Shown here: in pieces, positions 53,735 to 63,356 of the stretch
Position numbering within the stretch: position 1 is the first letter of the stretch
How the letters are laid out: each line of letters opens with the position of its first letter
Source of the DNA: Candidatus Dormiibacterota bacterium
GTDB taxonomy: Bacteria; Chloroflexota; Dormibacteria; Aeolococcales; Aeolococcaceae
Assembly (NCBI GenBank): GCA_963757475.1
Contig: CAVWRW010000002.1
Coordinates: forward strand, 17,686 to 81,685
Length of the DNA stretch: 64,000 nt
Reading direction: 5' to 3'
Program-made: the position numbers and the translations under genes
The notes under the pieces: model-generated
What the model was told of the DNA's origin: nothing
Seen by the model: the letters and a program-made list of their open reading frames with translations, nothing else
Database searches by the model: none

Positions 53735-53781
53735 CATTCCCCCTGGATTGATCGGGCCGGGAGTCGGGCTACCCTTGTTCC

Positions 53782-56226
53782 ATGGACGCCGAGCCTGCCG
53801 CCACGCACGGGGAAGCGACGCGCCTTGACGCGTACGACCACACGGCTGTAGAAGCTCGCTGGCGGCGGATCTGGAACGAGCGCGGGGACTACCGCACGCA
53901 GCTCGATGATCCCGAGCGGCCCTTCTACAACCTGATGATGTTCCCGTATCCCTCCGCCGAGGGGTTGCACGTCGGCCACATCATCCCGTTCGCCGGCGGA
54001 GACATCTACGGACGCTGGCGGCGGCTCATGGGCGACACGGTCTTCGAGCCGATGGGATTTGATGCCTTCGGCATCCACTCCGAGAACTACGCCATGAAGA
54101 TCGGCGAGCACCCGGCGGTCGTGATGCGCCGGGCGGTGCACAACTTCCGCGAGAACCAGCTCGGGCGTATCGGTTCGATGTTCGACTGGAGTCACCAGGT
54201 CAACACTGCGGATCCCGCGTACTACCGGTGGACGCAGTGGTTGTTCGTGCAGCTGTTCAACGCCGGGCTCATCGAGTGGCGCGAGGGGGCGGTCAACTGG
54301 TGCCCGTCGTGCCTCACCGTCCTCGCCGACGAGCAGGTCGAGCAAGGCCGCTGCGAGCGCTGCCATACGGTCGTGCAGACGCGGTATCTCCGCCAGTGGT
54401 GGATCAAGATCACGCGCTATGCGCAGCAGTTGCTTGACGCGCTCGAGACGCTCGACTGGTCGGAGTCGACGAAAACGATGCAACGCAACTGGATTGGGCG
54501 CAGTGAAGGCGCGACCATCCTGTTCGACCTCGAGGGCTGCCGGCGCAAGGACGTCACCGTGTACACAACGCGTCCGGACACGCTGTTCGGTGCGACGTTC
54601 CTTGTCATCGGCGCCGATCATCCGGAACTCGAGGAGTTTGTCCCACCCGACCGCATCGGCACGGTCAACGCATGGCGCAACAAGTTCCCACCGACCGCAG
54701 GCGAGCCGGACTTCTCCGTCGGTATGGAGCTTGGCTCATACGCGATTCATCCGCTCACCGGGGCACATCTTCCCGTCTGGGCCGCGCCGTACGTGCTCGG
54801 TGGCTACGGCACCGGGGCGATCATGGCGGTCCCGGCACACGACTCCAGAGACTGGGCGTTCGCGAAGGCGCACAACCTTCCGATCGTCGACGTCATCAGC
54901 GGCGGTAACGGGGCCGAGGCGCCGCACTCCGGGGACGGCGTGATGATCAACAGCGGCGAGTTCGACGGTGCGACCACGGAGGAGGGCAAGCGCCGCATCG
55001 TCGAACGGCTCACCGAGTTACGCCGCGGCGAGACGAGCGTGCAGTACAAGTTGCGCGACTGGCTCATCTCACGGCAGCGCTACTGGGGACCGCCGATCCC
55101 GATCATTCACTGCCCCAACGACGGCCCCGTAGCGGTGCCGGAGGAGGACCTGCCCGTGCTGCTGCCGGAGATCGAGGACTTCCGGCCGCGCGGAACGGGC
55201 ATGTCGCCGCTTGCGATGGTGGAGGACTGGGTGAATGTCACGTGTCCGAAGTGTGGCGGGCCTGCGCGCCGTGAGACGGACGTGAGCGACACGTTCCTCG
55301 ACTCCGCTTGGTATCACCTGCGCTATCCGTCCACGGACTTCGACGATGTTCCCTTCGACAAGGAGCGCACGGAGACGTGGCTCCCGGTGAACATGTACAT
55401 CGGGGGCAACGAGCACGCCGTGCGGCATCTGCTCTATGCGCGCTTCGTCATGCGTGCGCTGTACGACATGGGACGCGTCCCGGCACCCGAGCCGTACACG
55501 CGATTCCGCGCGCACGGGATGATCATCATGGACGGCGCGAAGATGTCGAAGAGCCGTGGCAACGTGCTCAACCCTGATGAGTACATCGACAGATTCGGTG
55601 CCGACACCGTGCGTCTGTTCATGATGTATCTCGGCCCATACACGCTCGGCGGCGATTTTCGCGACAAAGGAATCGCCGGGATCACGCGCTTCCTCCACCG
55701 GACGTGGCGCGCAACGCAGCTCGCAACCCACGACGACCTCGACGGTGACGAGGTCATGGAGCGCCGCCGTCATCGTCTCATCCAACAAGTCGAGGACGAC
55801 ATCGCCGAGCTCCGCTACAACACTGCGATCGCGTATCTGATGGAGTTCGCCCGTGCTCTCGATCATGAGGTATCCGCAGGAAGCGGGAGACGTGTCGACG
55901 CTGAAACGCTGCTCAAGTTGCTCGCCCCGTTCGCCCCGTTCATCACCGAGGAGATCTGGGATCGTCTGGGTCACGAGACGTCGGTGCACGAACCCGGCAC
56001 GTGGCCGGCGTATGACGCGAAGCTCGCAGCGCCGCAGCGCGCGACGATCGCCGTCACCGTGAACGGCAAGCGCCGCGCCGATTTCGAGGTCGACGCCGGA
56101 ACGTCTGAGGAGGCGCTGACCGCGCTGGCCCTCGCGCAGCCGCGCATCGCCGAACTGCTCGGCGGTCAGGCTCCGCGCAAGGTCATCGCCGTCGTGGATC
56201 GCATCGTCAACATCGTCACCGCCTGA
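53782..56226 (+). CDS. leuS: Leucyl-tRNA synthetase
   Basis: 814 aa; HIGH motif (HVGHIIP), KMSKS motif (KMSKSRGN), the CP1 editing region and the LeuS-specific zinc/leucyl domains. Confidence 0.9.
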   Translation: MDAEPAATHGEATRLDAYDHTAVEARWRRIWNERGDYRTQLDDPERPFYNLMMFPYPSAEGLHVGHIIPFAGGDIYGRWRRLMGDTVFEPMGFDAFGIHSENYAMKIGEHPAVVMRRAVHNFRENQLGRIGSMFDWSHQVNTADPAYYRWTQWLFVQLFNAGLIEWREGAVNWCPSCLTVLADEQVEQGRCERCHTVVQTRYLRQWWIKITRYAQQLLDALETLDWSESTKTMQRNWIGRSEGATILFDLEGCRRKDVTVYTTRPDTLFGATFLVIGADHPELEEFVPPDRIGTVNAWRNKFPPTAGEPDFSVGMELGSYAIHPLTGAHLPVWAAPYVLGGYGTGAIMAVPAHDSRDWAFAKAHNLPIVDVISGGNGAEAPHSGDGVMINSGEFDGATTEEGKRRIVERLTELRRGETSVQYKLRDWLISRQRYWGPPIPIIHCPNDGPVAVPEEDLPVLLPEIEDFRPRGTGMSPLAMVEDWVNVTCPKCGGPARRETDVSDTFLDSAWYHLRYPSTDFDDVPFDKERTETWLPVNMYIGGNEHAVRHLLYARFVMRALYDMGRVPAPEPYTRFRAHGMIIMDGAKMSKSRGNVLNPDEYIDRFGADTVRLFMMYLGPYTLGGDFRDKGIAGITRFLHRTWRATQLATHDDLDGDEVMERRRHRLIQQVEDDIAELRYNTAIAYLMEFARALDHEVSAGSGRRVDAETLLKLLAPFAPFITEEIWDRLGHETSVHEPGTWPAYDAKLAAPQRATIAVTVNGKRRADFEVDAGTSEEALTALALAQPRIAELLGGQAPRKVIAVVDRIVNIVTA

Positions 56227-56647
56227 CCTCCAGGCGCATCGGCGCATGCTCGATGCCGTCCTCGATCCATCGCTCGCCGTGCTCCTCGAACCCGAAGGTT
56301 CCGTACCAGCCAACGAGATATGACTGCGCGCTGAGCACGATCGGCGGCTCGGCGAATTCGATGGCGCGCCGCATCAGCGCGCTCGAGTAGCCGCGTCCAC
56401 GCGATCCCGCGTACGTTGCGACGCGCCCGATGCGATGACCGCCGTTGATATCGCTCATGAGACGCAAGGTGCTGACGACGACACCGTCCGCATCCTCGAT
56501 CCAGAGATGGTGCGTCCCCGCATCGCCGTCGCTCGCGTCGATGTCCGGATAGACGCAGTTCTGCTCGACGACGAAGACGTTCTGCCGGACAGCAAGGATG
56601 CCGAGCAACGTGCGCGGTGCCAGCTCGTCGAGCCGAGCAATGTGAAC
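56216..56647 (-). CDS. elaA: ElaA-like GNAT acyltransferase
   Basis: LLGILAVRQNVFVVEQNCVYPDIDASDGD aligns to E. coli ElaA (LRCAVFVVEQNCPYQDIDGDD). The start is placed at GTG 56647 to avoid a 79-nt overlap with mscL. Confidence 0.6.
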   Translation of the reverse strand, partial: VHIARLDELAPRTLLGILAVRQNVFVVEQNCVYPDIDASDGDAGTHHLWIEDADGVVVSTLRLMSDINGGHRIGRVATYAGSRGRGYSSALMRRAIEFAEPPIVLSAQSYLVGWYGTFGFEEHGERWIEDGIEHAPMRLEVRR

Positions 56648-56667
56648 CTCGGGAGGATCCGGCTCGT

Positions 56668-57075
56668 TCAGCTCGCGGCCATGGGCTCGACTGGCGCCGT
56701 GCAGAACGAGCAACGCTTGGCGGGCTTCGGAATGATGCTCAGGCACTCGGGGCAGGCCCGGGTATTCGACTCCGTGGGCTTGGCCATGCGTGCCTGCATA
56801 CGGTTGTATGGCACCACAAAGAAGAAGTACACGCCGGCGGCGACCAGGATGAACGTCACAACTGCGGTCAGGAATGTGCCGTACTGGATCACGCTGCCGT
56901 TGATGGTCAGTACCAGCGCGTTGAAGTTCGGCTTGCCGAATGGGATCGCGATGATCGGGTTGATGATGTCCATGACGAGCGCCGTGACCACCGCGCTGAA
57001 CGCAACACCGATGACGAATGCAACGGCAAGCTGGACGACATTGCCCTGGTTGAGAAAGTCGCGAAAGCCCTTCAC
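56668..57075 (-). CDS. mscL: Large-conductance mechanosensitive channel MscL with a Cys4 zinc-ribbon-like C-terminal tail
   Basis: MKGFRDFLNQGNVVQLAVAFVIGVAFSAVV (TM1), NALVLTINGSVIQYGTFLTAVVTFILVAAGVYFFFVV (TM2), then RACPECLSIIPKPAKRCSFCTAPV (CxxC-x12-CxxC). Confidence 0.75.
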   Translation of the reverse strand: MKGFRDFLNQGNVVQLAVAFVIGVAFSAVVTALVMDIINPIIAIPFGKPNFNALVLTINGSVIQYGTFLTAVVTFILVAAGVYFFFVVPYNRMQARMAKPTESNTRACPECLSIIPKPAKRCSFCTAPVEPMAAS

Positions 57076-57097
57076 CTGCTGTCCTCCTGTCCCACGA

Positions 57098-58570
57098 TTA
57101 CGTCGAATTCGCGCCCGATGCGCCGACCCCTGATGGCGTCAGCATGGTGACACACACACCGGGCCAGCAGTGAGTGCTGCGCGCGGAATAGGAGTCGGGA
57201 TCAGGCGGCGGCGGATCACCGCGCTCGAAGACGTAATAGACGTTGTGCGTCGTCGGCGACGGCATCGGCATCGACTGCAGCACGGCGCCGGACGGATACA
57301 CCGCAGTGCCCCAGAACCACGGCACAGCCGACGCCATGGAACGCGTGTGCGCATCGATGGCACGGTCTCCGTAATAGAGGACGAGCAGGTACTCGCTCGG
57401 ATACGCGGCGATGACGTCGTTCGGTCCGGCGGCATGCTCGAGCGCTGCGACCGCCGCTGGGGTATCCGGGTTGGTGACGGTGCTGACCGTCGCGAACGCG
57501 ACGACGGCCGTCGCCGCCGCGGCCGCAAACGTCACCCGCCGCCATGGGATCATGGCCAAGCCGGCGCCGACGAGCGGAAAGAGCGGCGCCCACACGTCAC
57601 TGAAGTACCGGCCGTCCTCGAGCGGATGCCAGAAGCTCACGAGGACGATCATCGCCACCCCGACGCCCCCGGTGAGACCGAGGAGCGAGGCAGCGTGCAC
57701 TTGGTCGCCGCGGAGCCTCTGTCTGTTGAGGACGACGGCCGCGAGCGCCACGACACCCGAGGCAACGCTGGCCCCCTCGAGGATGCGTAGCGCCGTGTAG
57801 CCGGTGACCCAGGTGCTGATCGGTGGCCCGATGAAGAACTGGACGAGGCCGCCGGTAAGGGTCTTGACGCTCAGCTTCGGCACCCAGAATCCGCCGGTGC
57901 TATGGCTCAGCTGGCTGCTGGCGACCACGACCCAGGGCGTGAGACTCACGAGAGTCACGAGTCCGACGGCGCCGACGAGCAGCGTTGTTCCGGGGTGGCG
58001 GCGTGCGGAGAGGATCGCAACGGCGATCACCTGTGCCAGCACCGCGAAGAGCGCGAAGTACACCGTGTAGACGGCGAGGATCGATAGGCCGGCGTACAGG
58101 GCCCAGCGCAGCACCGAGGGGCGCTCGAGTGCACGCAGCAAGCAGAGCGTCGATGCGAGCACCAGCGTCGTGGCGAGCATGTACATCCGCGCGTCGAGCG
58201 AGCTCATGAGCAACGCCGGGGCGACGGCACCGATGACCGCAGCCCATGTGCCGCCGGCATCTCCGGCGACCCGGCGCCCGAGCGCGGCAATGATCGGAAT
58301 CGCGGCGGCGCCGGCAAGCACCGGCAGGATTCGAAGCGCTGCGGGGCTGGTCGAGACAATGGCGACAATCCGCTCGAGCAGATAGAAGAGGGGAGGAGCG
58401 CTATCGTGGCGCACGACGTTCAGCATCGAGCCGAGCGGACGCTGCACGGCCAGCGCGGTGAACGCCTCGTCGCGCCAGAGGGGCTGGTATGCGATCAGTG
58501 CGAGCCTGAACACGAGCCCGGCAAGCGTGATCAGCCAGATCCTTCCTGAATAGCGCCGCATCATCGCCAC
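57098..58570 (-). CDS. GT-C fold membrane glycosyltransferase (PMT/ArnT-like, DE motif)
   Basis: 490 aa, many TM helices, N-terminal loop motif AYQPLWRDEAFTALAV (GT-C catalytic DE/DD loop). Confidence 0.6.
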   Translation of the reverse strand: MAMMRRYSGRIWLITLAGLVFRLALIAYQPLWRDEAFTALAVQRPLGSMLNVVRHDSAPPLFYLLERIVAIVSTSPAALRILPVLAGAAAIPIIAALGRRVAGDAGGTWAAVIGAVAPALLMSSLDARMYMLATTLVLASTLCLLRALERPSVLRWALYAGLSILAVYTVYFALFAVLAQVIAVAILSARRHPGTTLLVGAVGLVTLVSLTPWVVVASSQLSHSTGGFWVPKLSVKTLTGGLVQFFIGPPISTWVTGYTALRILEGASVASGVVALAAVVLNRQRLRGDQVHAASLLGLTGGVGVAMIVLVSFWHPLEDGRYFSDVWAPLFPLVGAGLAMIPWRRVTFAAAAATAVVAFATVSTVTNPDTPAAVAALEHAAGPNDVIAAYPSEYLLVLYYGDRAIDAHTRSMASAVPWFWGTAVYPSGAVLQSMPMPSPTTHNVYYVFERGDPPPPDPDSYSARSTHCWPGVCVTMLTPSGVGASGANST

Positions 58571-58611
58571 TCACGATAGAGCCGCGGCCCGGTTCGGTGT
58601 TGTGCTCTGTG

Positions 58612-60140
58612 TCAGCCCGAAGGCTGCGGCACCACTGCGTACGCGACCGGCGTTCCCGTCGGGTCGGTGGCGACGACCCGGGCCTCGGCCGCGAGCGGCG
58701 CGCCGACAGCCGCTGTGATGTCCGCAAGCGACGGTGCCACGACCAGTGAATAGATGGCCGGATTGCCCACCACGCGCATGGGCTGCACGATCGTCGGGAT
58801 GCGCCCTGCGTCAAGGAACTGGACGTCCATCGCGTCGTAGCTGTCAAGGATGAGAAGCGTGGACGGGCCTCCATCGGTGGCGTTGTTCACCGCGGCGCCG
58901 GCCAGTGCCACGTCGGCGAACGTGAACGGCGAGTAGCGATCCAGGATCGGGCGGTTCACGTACGTCGCCGCCGACGCGATGCCGACGCCCGTGACCGCGA
59001 GCGCGCATGCCGACCAGCCGATGCGGGTGGTGGTCAGGGTGTTGCTGCGCGTGACCCTCGGACCAAACCGGCGCACGAGGTCAACGATCTCTACACAGCC
59101 GAGCCCGACGCAGGCGGCCACGTAGGGCGCGAGGCCGAGTGAGCGGAGGAAGTGCGGCGCGAAGCCCTCGGTGGCGAGCAGGGGAGGCAGGATGAAGACG
59201 ACAAGTCCTATCAGCACCAGCGCGTGGCCGTGGTCGTCGCGCCGCCGCCAGCACCGCCAGATGCCGAAAGCAAACGGGATGAAGAGCAATGGGCCGAGCA
59301 GGGGCAGTGCATTGACGTCATGCCGTTCGTTGGGGTCGCCGGTGACGAGGAACATGCCGATGGTGCGAAGCACGTGCACCGGGTAGCTGTCGGGCGACCC
59401 CGCGCCGACGTAGAAGGCCGAGACCGACGCGGCGCGACCGAAGTATCCGGACGCGTCGGTGATCGCCGTCACGATCATCGGGGCGGCAACGACGAGAAAC
59501 GCGACGAGCGCCCAGGGCCAGGTTGCGAGCAGTGCTCTGAACCGGTCGCGATCCCGCGCACGAATCCACAGCAGCCAGAGAATCGCGAGCAGGGGCAGCA
59601 ACTTCAGGGGTTGGTACGTCCAGAGGCCGAGTGCGACCGCGACGCCAGCGGTCACCGCGCTGGCACGCGCCGGCCGGTCGCCCCAGCGCAGCATCGCCGC
59701 GAGCGCCAGCGCACCGAATGCGACCGTCAGGATGTTCTCGAAACCATCGCGCGAGATGGCGATCATCCAGAGCGATCCTGCGGTCCAGCCCATCGCGATC
59801 AGCGCTGCGGCGCGGCCGAAGCGGCGCGTCGCGATGTAGACGGCGATGACGCCGGCGACGCCGACGCCCGCCGCCGTCGCGCGCAACGTGAAGACCGAGG
59901 ATTGGAAGACCTTGAACACCGCGGCGACGAGGTAGGTGAAGGGCGCGCCAAGGCCGCCATTGATGTCGAAGAAGAGCGGGTGATACCCCGGGACGGTCAG
60001 CAGCTTCAGGGCACTGAGCCCGAATGCCGCCTCGTCCGGATAGAGCCCGCCGGGCTGCGAGCTGAGGGACCAGAAACGGACGACGATCGCGGCGAGGGTG
60101 ATCAGGACGGCGGCCGTAGCCTCAGCTGCGGTCGCCGTCC
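58612..60140 (-). CDS. Second GT-C fold membrane glycosyltransferase; N-terminus lacks a canonical start codon (start unresolved)
   Basis: The ORF-track ORF starts at GTG about 59918 (MFKVFQ...). In-frame upstream sequence with no intervening stop encodes a GT-C N-terminus (AAVLITLAAIVVRFWSLSSQPGGLYPDEAAFGLSALKLL...) with no ATG/GTG/TTG between the upstream stop (about 60246) and the GTG. Confidence 0.5.
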
Positions 60141-60161
60141 CGAGGCGCCGTGCGACGCCTG

Positions 60162-60404
60162 TTATGCGGGCGATCCGGCCCCCGTCAATTCGAGGCTGGA
60201 TCGGTGCAGGAGTGTCCTGGTCGCCGAGATCCGGCAGGCCAACATCTCCAGAACGTCATCGAGCTGGTCCCGTAGCACGGACTCCAGCTCGATCGGGTGG
60301 TTGTCTATCTCGCGCAGGAGCGCCGACAGCCGAAGCGCTTTCTGATCAATCTTCGCGACCACCTCCTGCGGCGGGGCAGTCGCGGTCAAATGATTCGGCT
60401 CCAT
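60162..60404 (-). CDS. Small hypothetical protein (80 aa, helical)
   Basis: ORF MEPNHLTATAPPQEVVAKIDQKALRLSALLREIDNHPIELESVLRDQLDDVLEMLA...; partially overlaps the possible 5' extension of the GT-C gene; unrecognised. Confidence 0.3.
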   Translation of the reverse strand: MEPNHLTATAPPQEVVAKIDQKALRLSALLREIDNHPIELESVLRDQLDDVLEMLACRISATRTLLHRSSLELTGAGSPA

Positions 60405-60486
60405 CCAGGTCCTCCGTCAGCGGTAGGTGGATGCCACCAGAGTAGGCAGTGAGGTGGTCATTGTCCAGCGATGATTTCGTCTCAAC

Positions 60487-61649
60487 TCATCGACCAGCGT
60501 GACCCGGATCTGCGGCCGACGCACCGAACCAGCGGCGGATCCGGCTGGTCCCGAATGAAACCTTGTCGGCCGCGGTCGCGATCGACGGAGCCTCATACCC
60601 ACCGATCGGCGGCTGCCCCTTGAGAAAGGTCACGTCGACCCGCGCGACCTGGTCCTGACCGAATGCGAGGTAGCACATGCCGTTTCCGCCGTACGTCGTG
60701 GTGGGAGCCGTCCCTCGGGCCGCCGCGATGATCCGGTCGGCGACCACTGCGGCCTGGCCTTCGGAGAACACGCCGGCCTTCGGCGTGCCGACGCTGGTGA
60801 CGTCGCCGACGGCGTAGACCCCCGGGAACGCGGTCTCGAGTGTGAGCGAGTTCGACAGGGATCCAGCCGTCGACCGTCATCCCCAACTCCTCGACAACGG
60901 CCGGCACCCGATGCCGGGGGATGCCGAGGAACAGGTCGTACGGCAACTCCGTCCCGTCGCTGAGGATCGCGACGTTGCGAGCAGGGTCGGTCTCGCGCAC
61001 CGCCAGGTTCGGGTACCAGTCGATGCCACGCTCCTCGAACGCGACGAGCAGAGCGGCGGACGCAGGGGGTGACGGCGGGATCGGCGCGCCCATCGGGATG
61101 ACGAGCGAGATCGAGGAGCCGCTCGCGAAGGCCTCGGCGAGTCAGGAAGTCGTGCATCATCAGCGCGGCCTCGCTCGGTGCGGGCGGGCACTTGAACGGC
61201 GCCGACGTCACGCCGACGACCACCCGGCCGCCCTCGAACGATTCGCAGCACATCGCGCAGCGCGAAGGCTCCCTCGACCGTGTAGAACTCGTGCCCCCCT
61301 TCGACGAGCCCGGGTGTTGCTCCGGGATCCACATCGGCGCCGAGCGCAACCACAAGGATGTCCGCGTCAAAGGTGCCGGCGTCGGTCACGACCCGCCGCG
61401 CTGCCGGGTCGATCGAGCGGATCATCGACTGGACGAACCGGACTCCGGGCTTGACGATGTCCCGGTAGGGATGCCGCACGGCTCGCAGCCGGCGCAGTGC
61501 CCGAACATGACGTCGAGCTTCGAGAAACCGAAGACGAACGCGTCGCTCTCGTCGATGAGGACGACGTCGGCATCCTCGCCAAACTCCTCGGACAGTCTGG
61601 TCATCAGCTCAAGGCCGGCAAACCCGGCTCCGAGCACAACGACACGCAT
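60487..61649 (-). pseudogene. sqr: Type II sulfide:quinone oxidoreductase-like / FAD-dependent pyridine-nucleotide-disulfide oxidoreductase, split over 5 frames
   Basis: RVVVLGAGFAGLELMTRLSEEFGEDADVVLIDESDAFVF (FAD Rossmann, ORF 61422..); HPYRDIVKPGVRFVQSMIRSIDPAARRVVTDAGTFDADILVVALGAD...EFYTVEGAFAL (60877..); VTSAPFKCPPAPSEAALMMHDFL (60630.., SQR CPPAP motif); LLVAFEERGIDWYPNLAVRETDPARNVAILSDGTELPYDLFLGIP (60593..); FSEGQAAVVADRIIAAARG...YGGNGMCYLAFGQDQVARVDVTFL (60487..). Confidence 0.6.
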
Positions 61650-61739
61650 GCGGCGAGCGTAGCGAAGCAATCGGTCGGTGGGCTCGATCAGATCATTAGT
61701 GCGCGGGAGGGTTTGTCAGCGCGGGAGGATACTGCTGGG

Positions 61740-61982
61740 GTGATCGCGCTCATCCTCACCGCGACGGCTATTGGGATCTTTTTCGCGGGCGTGTTCTGGT
61801 ACGGATTCCGCGGCCAATCGAATGAAGGACCGGCGCTCGGCAACAACAGCCCGTATCCCACGGACATCTCCGGCGAACGGGCCCCATTCCTGCCGGACGC
61901 GGTGATCAGTAGCGACGAGGAGTTTCGCCGGGACGCGCATTTGAGGTCTGCTCGACGGCGCCCCCGACCACCCAAGGACTAG
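61740..61982 (+). CDS. Small hypothetical membrane protein (80 aa)
   Basis: GTG 61740 in frame with ORF 61497..61982; hydrophobic VIALILTATAIGIFFAGVFWYGF then a charged tail; low confidence. Confidence 0.2.
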   Translation: MIALILTATAIGIFFAGVFWYGFRGQSNEGPALGNNSPYPTDISGERAPFLPDAVISSDEEFRRDAHLRSARRRPRPPKD

Positions 61983-63121
61983 GAGTACTTCTCCACGAGC
62001 GTCTTGCCCGTGAACTCGCCGACGGCCAGGCAGAAATTGCCGCCCATCGCCGTCGTGCAGCTCACGGAGTTGATGACGCTGTCTGAGGTGGGGCTGACTG
62101 ATGGCGCGATGGCCCATGTCGAGCCATTCCACACCTCGGTGAGGGTGTCCCGCGTCACTCCTGAGCCTTGCGCGTATCCGCCGGCCATGCAGAACGTCGT
62201 GCCGGTGCAGCTCACAGAAAGGAGGATGTTGCCAGGACTGCCGCTGACGTTTGGGGTGGTCAGGACGCTCCAGGTCGCGCCATTCCACTTCTCAGCAAGC
62301 GTATCCGTGTTCGCCCCGGCACTCTTCGCTCCGACTGCCATGCAGAACGTCGTGCTGCGGCAGCGGACGCCGTCGAGGCCGAAGTTGGCGGTTGTGCTGA
62401 CGATCGTCCACACCGAGCCGTTCCACCGATCGATGAGTTGTCCAGGACCGTTGCCAACGGCAATGCAGAAGGTGGTCGTGGGGCAGCTGACCGACTGGAG
62501 GATGTTGTCCTCGGTGTCGCCGTCGTTGGGAACCGTCTCGACTGTCCACGATGTGCCGTCCCACTTCATGGCGAACGCCTCTGAGGGCTCAGTGGTCCAC
62601 CAGCCGACCGCCATGCAGAAGGTCGTGCTCTTGCAGCTCACGCCGAGTATGTCCACGAATGCATCGGGACCCATGGTGGGGGAGGTCAGCTGGGTCCAGG
62701 TCGAACCGTTCCATTTCTCGGTGAGGATCTGATCCCCGCCGGATTTGTAGAGGCGCCCGACTGCGATGCAGAACGACGCAGACGTGCAGCTGATGCCGTT
62801 GAGCTCGATGTTGCTGAAGCTGCCTGAAGGTGGCGATGGCACCACGGCCATTGTCGTCCCGTTCCATTTCTCGCTCAGCGTCTTCTCGACCGAGGGCGCA
62901 GACGAGGAGACGCCGACGGCAAGGCAGAGCTTCGAGCTGGCGCAGCTCACTGCGGACAGTGATGACGACATCCCGACGTTCGGGGACGTGACGACGGTCC
63001 AGCCCGCAGCCTCGACGTTGACCGCAGTCAGCACGAGCAACGCGCCCACGGCCGCGACTGCCAGCGCTTTGGTGCGCCGTCGGTCGCCGGCGATCAGGTT
63101 CGGAATGGCTCCTCCGCGCAT
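61979..63121 (-). CDS. Secreted cysteine-rich repeat protein (about 8 tandem ~45-aa repeats WNG..W..v.sP.....l..VSC.s.tFCmAVG)
   Basis: From MRGGAIPNLIAGDRRRTKALAVAAVGALLVLTAVNVEAAG (Sec signal, AxA site). The repeats each carry a WNG(S/T)xW(T/S) element and a conserved Cys pair, e.g. EKWNGTTMAVVPSP...ISCTSASFCIAVG, EKWNGSTWTQLTSP...VSCKSTTFCMAVG, MKWDGTSWTVETVP...VSCPTTTFCIAVG, DRWNGSVWTIVSTT...VRCRSTTFCMAVG, EKWNGATWSVLTTP...VSCTGTTFCMAGG, EVWNGSTWAIAPSV...VSCTT. The 5' part of the ORF-track ORF (antisense to tRNA-Leu/tig) is rejected. Confidence 0.6.
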   Translation of the reverse strand: MRGGAIPNLIAGDRRRTKALAVAAVGALLVLTAVNVEAAGWTVVTSPNVGMSSSLSAVSCASSKLCLAVGVSSSAPSVEKTLSEKWNGTTMAVVPSPPSGSFSNIELNGISCTSASFCIAVGRLYKSGGDQILTEKWNGSTWTQLTSPTMGPDAFVDILGVSCKSTTFCMAVGWWTTEPSEAFAMKWDGTSWTVETVPNDGDTEDNILQSVSCPTTTFCIAVGNGPGQLIDRWNGSVWTIVSTTANFGLDGVRCRSTTFCMAVGAKSAGANTDTLAEKWNGATWSVLTTPNVSGSPGNILLSVSCTGTTFCMAGGYAQGSGVTRDTLTEVWNGSTWAIAPSVSPTSDSVINSVSCTTAMGGNFCLAVGEFTGKTLVEKYS

Positions 63122-63251
63122 GTGCAAACCCTCCTGCGCCCCGTCCATCAGCCTCCCGCGGACGAATGTACTCCGACGCCGGCGGCTCCGTATGTCGTTG
63201 GTCCCATCGGCCCAAGCACTAAACTGGCGACTGGCCGGTTCGACCGACCGG

Positions 63252-63334
63252 GCGCGGATGGCGGAATCGGTAGACGCGCGGGATTTAGGATCCCGTGGGG
63301 CGACCCGTCCGAGTTCGAAGTCTCGGTCCGCGCA
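63252..63334 (+). tRNA. tRNA-Leu (anticodon TAG), type II with a long variable arm
   Basis: GCGCGGA-TG-GCGG-AATCGGTAGA-CGCG-CGGGA-TTTAGGA-TCCCG-[variable arm TGGGGCGACCCGT]-CCGAG-TTCGAAGT-CTCGG-TCCGCGC-A; the D-arm matches bacterial tRNA-Leu (GGCGGAAT.GGTAGACGCG). The T-loop reads as 8 nt here (possible 1-nt indel). Confidence 0.8.
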
Positions 63335-63356
63335 CGGCGTCACCCTTACCAGAGAG

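Noticed and set aside
52861-53737. 5' extension (about 290 codons) of the minus-strand ORF 51662..53737
   Set aside because: It is antisense to the tandem-VOC gene, and the Eis-like homology begins only at MVDTASD (52860).
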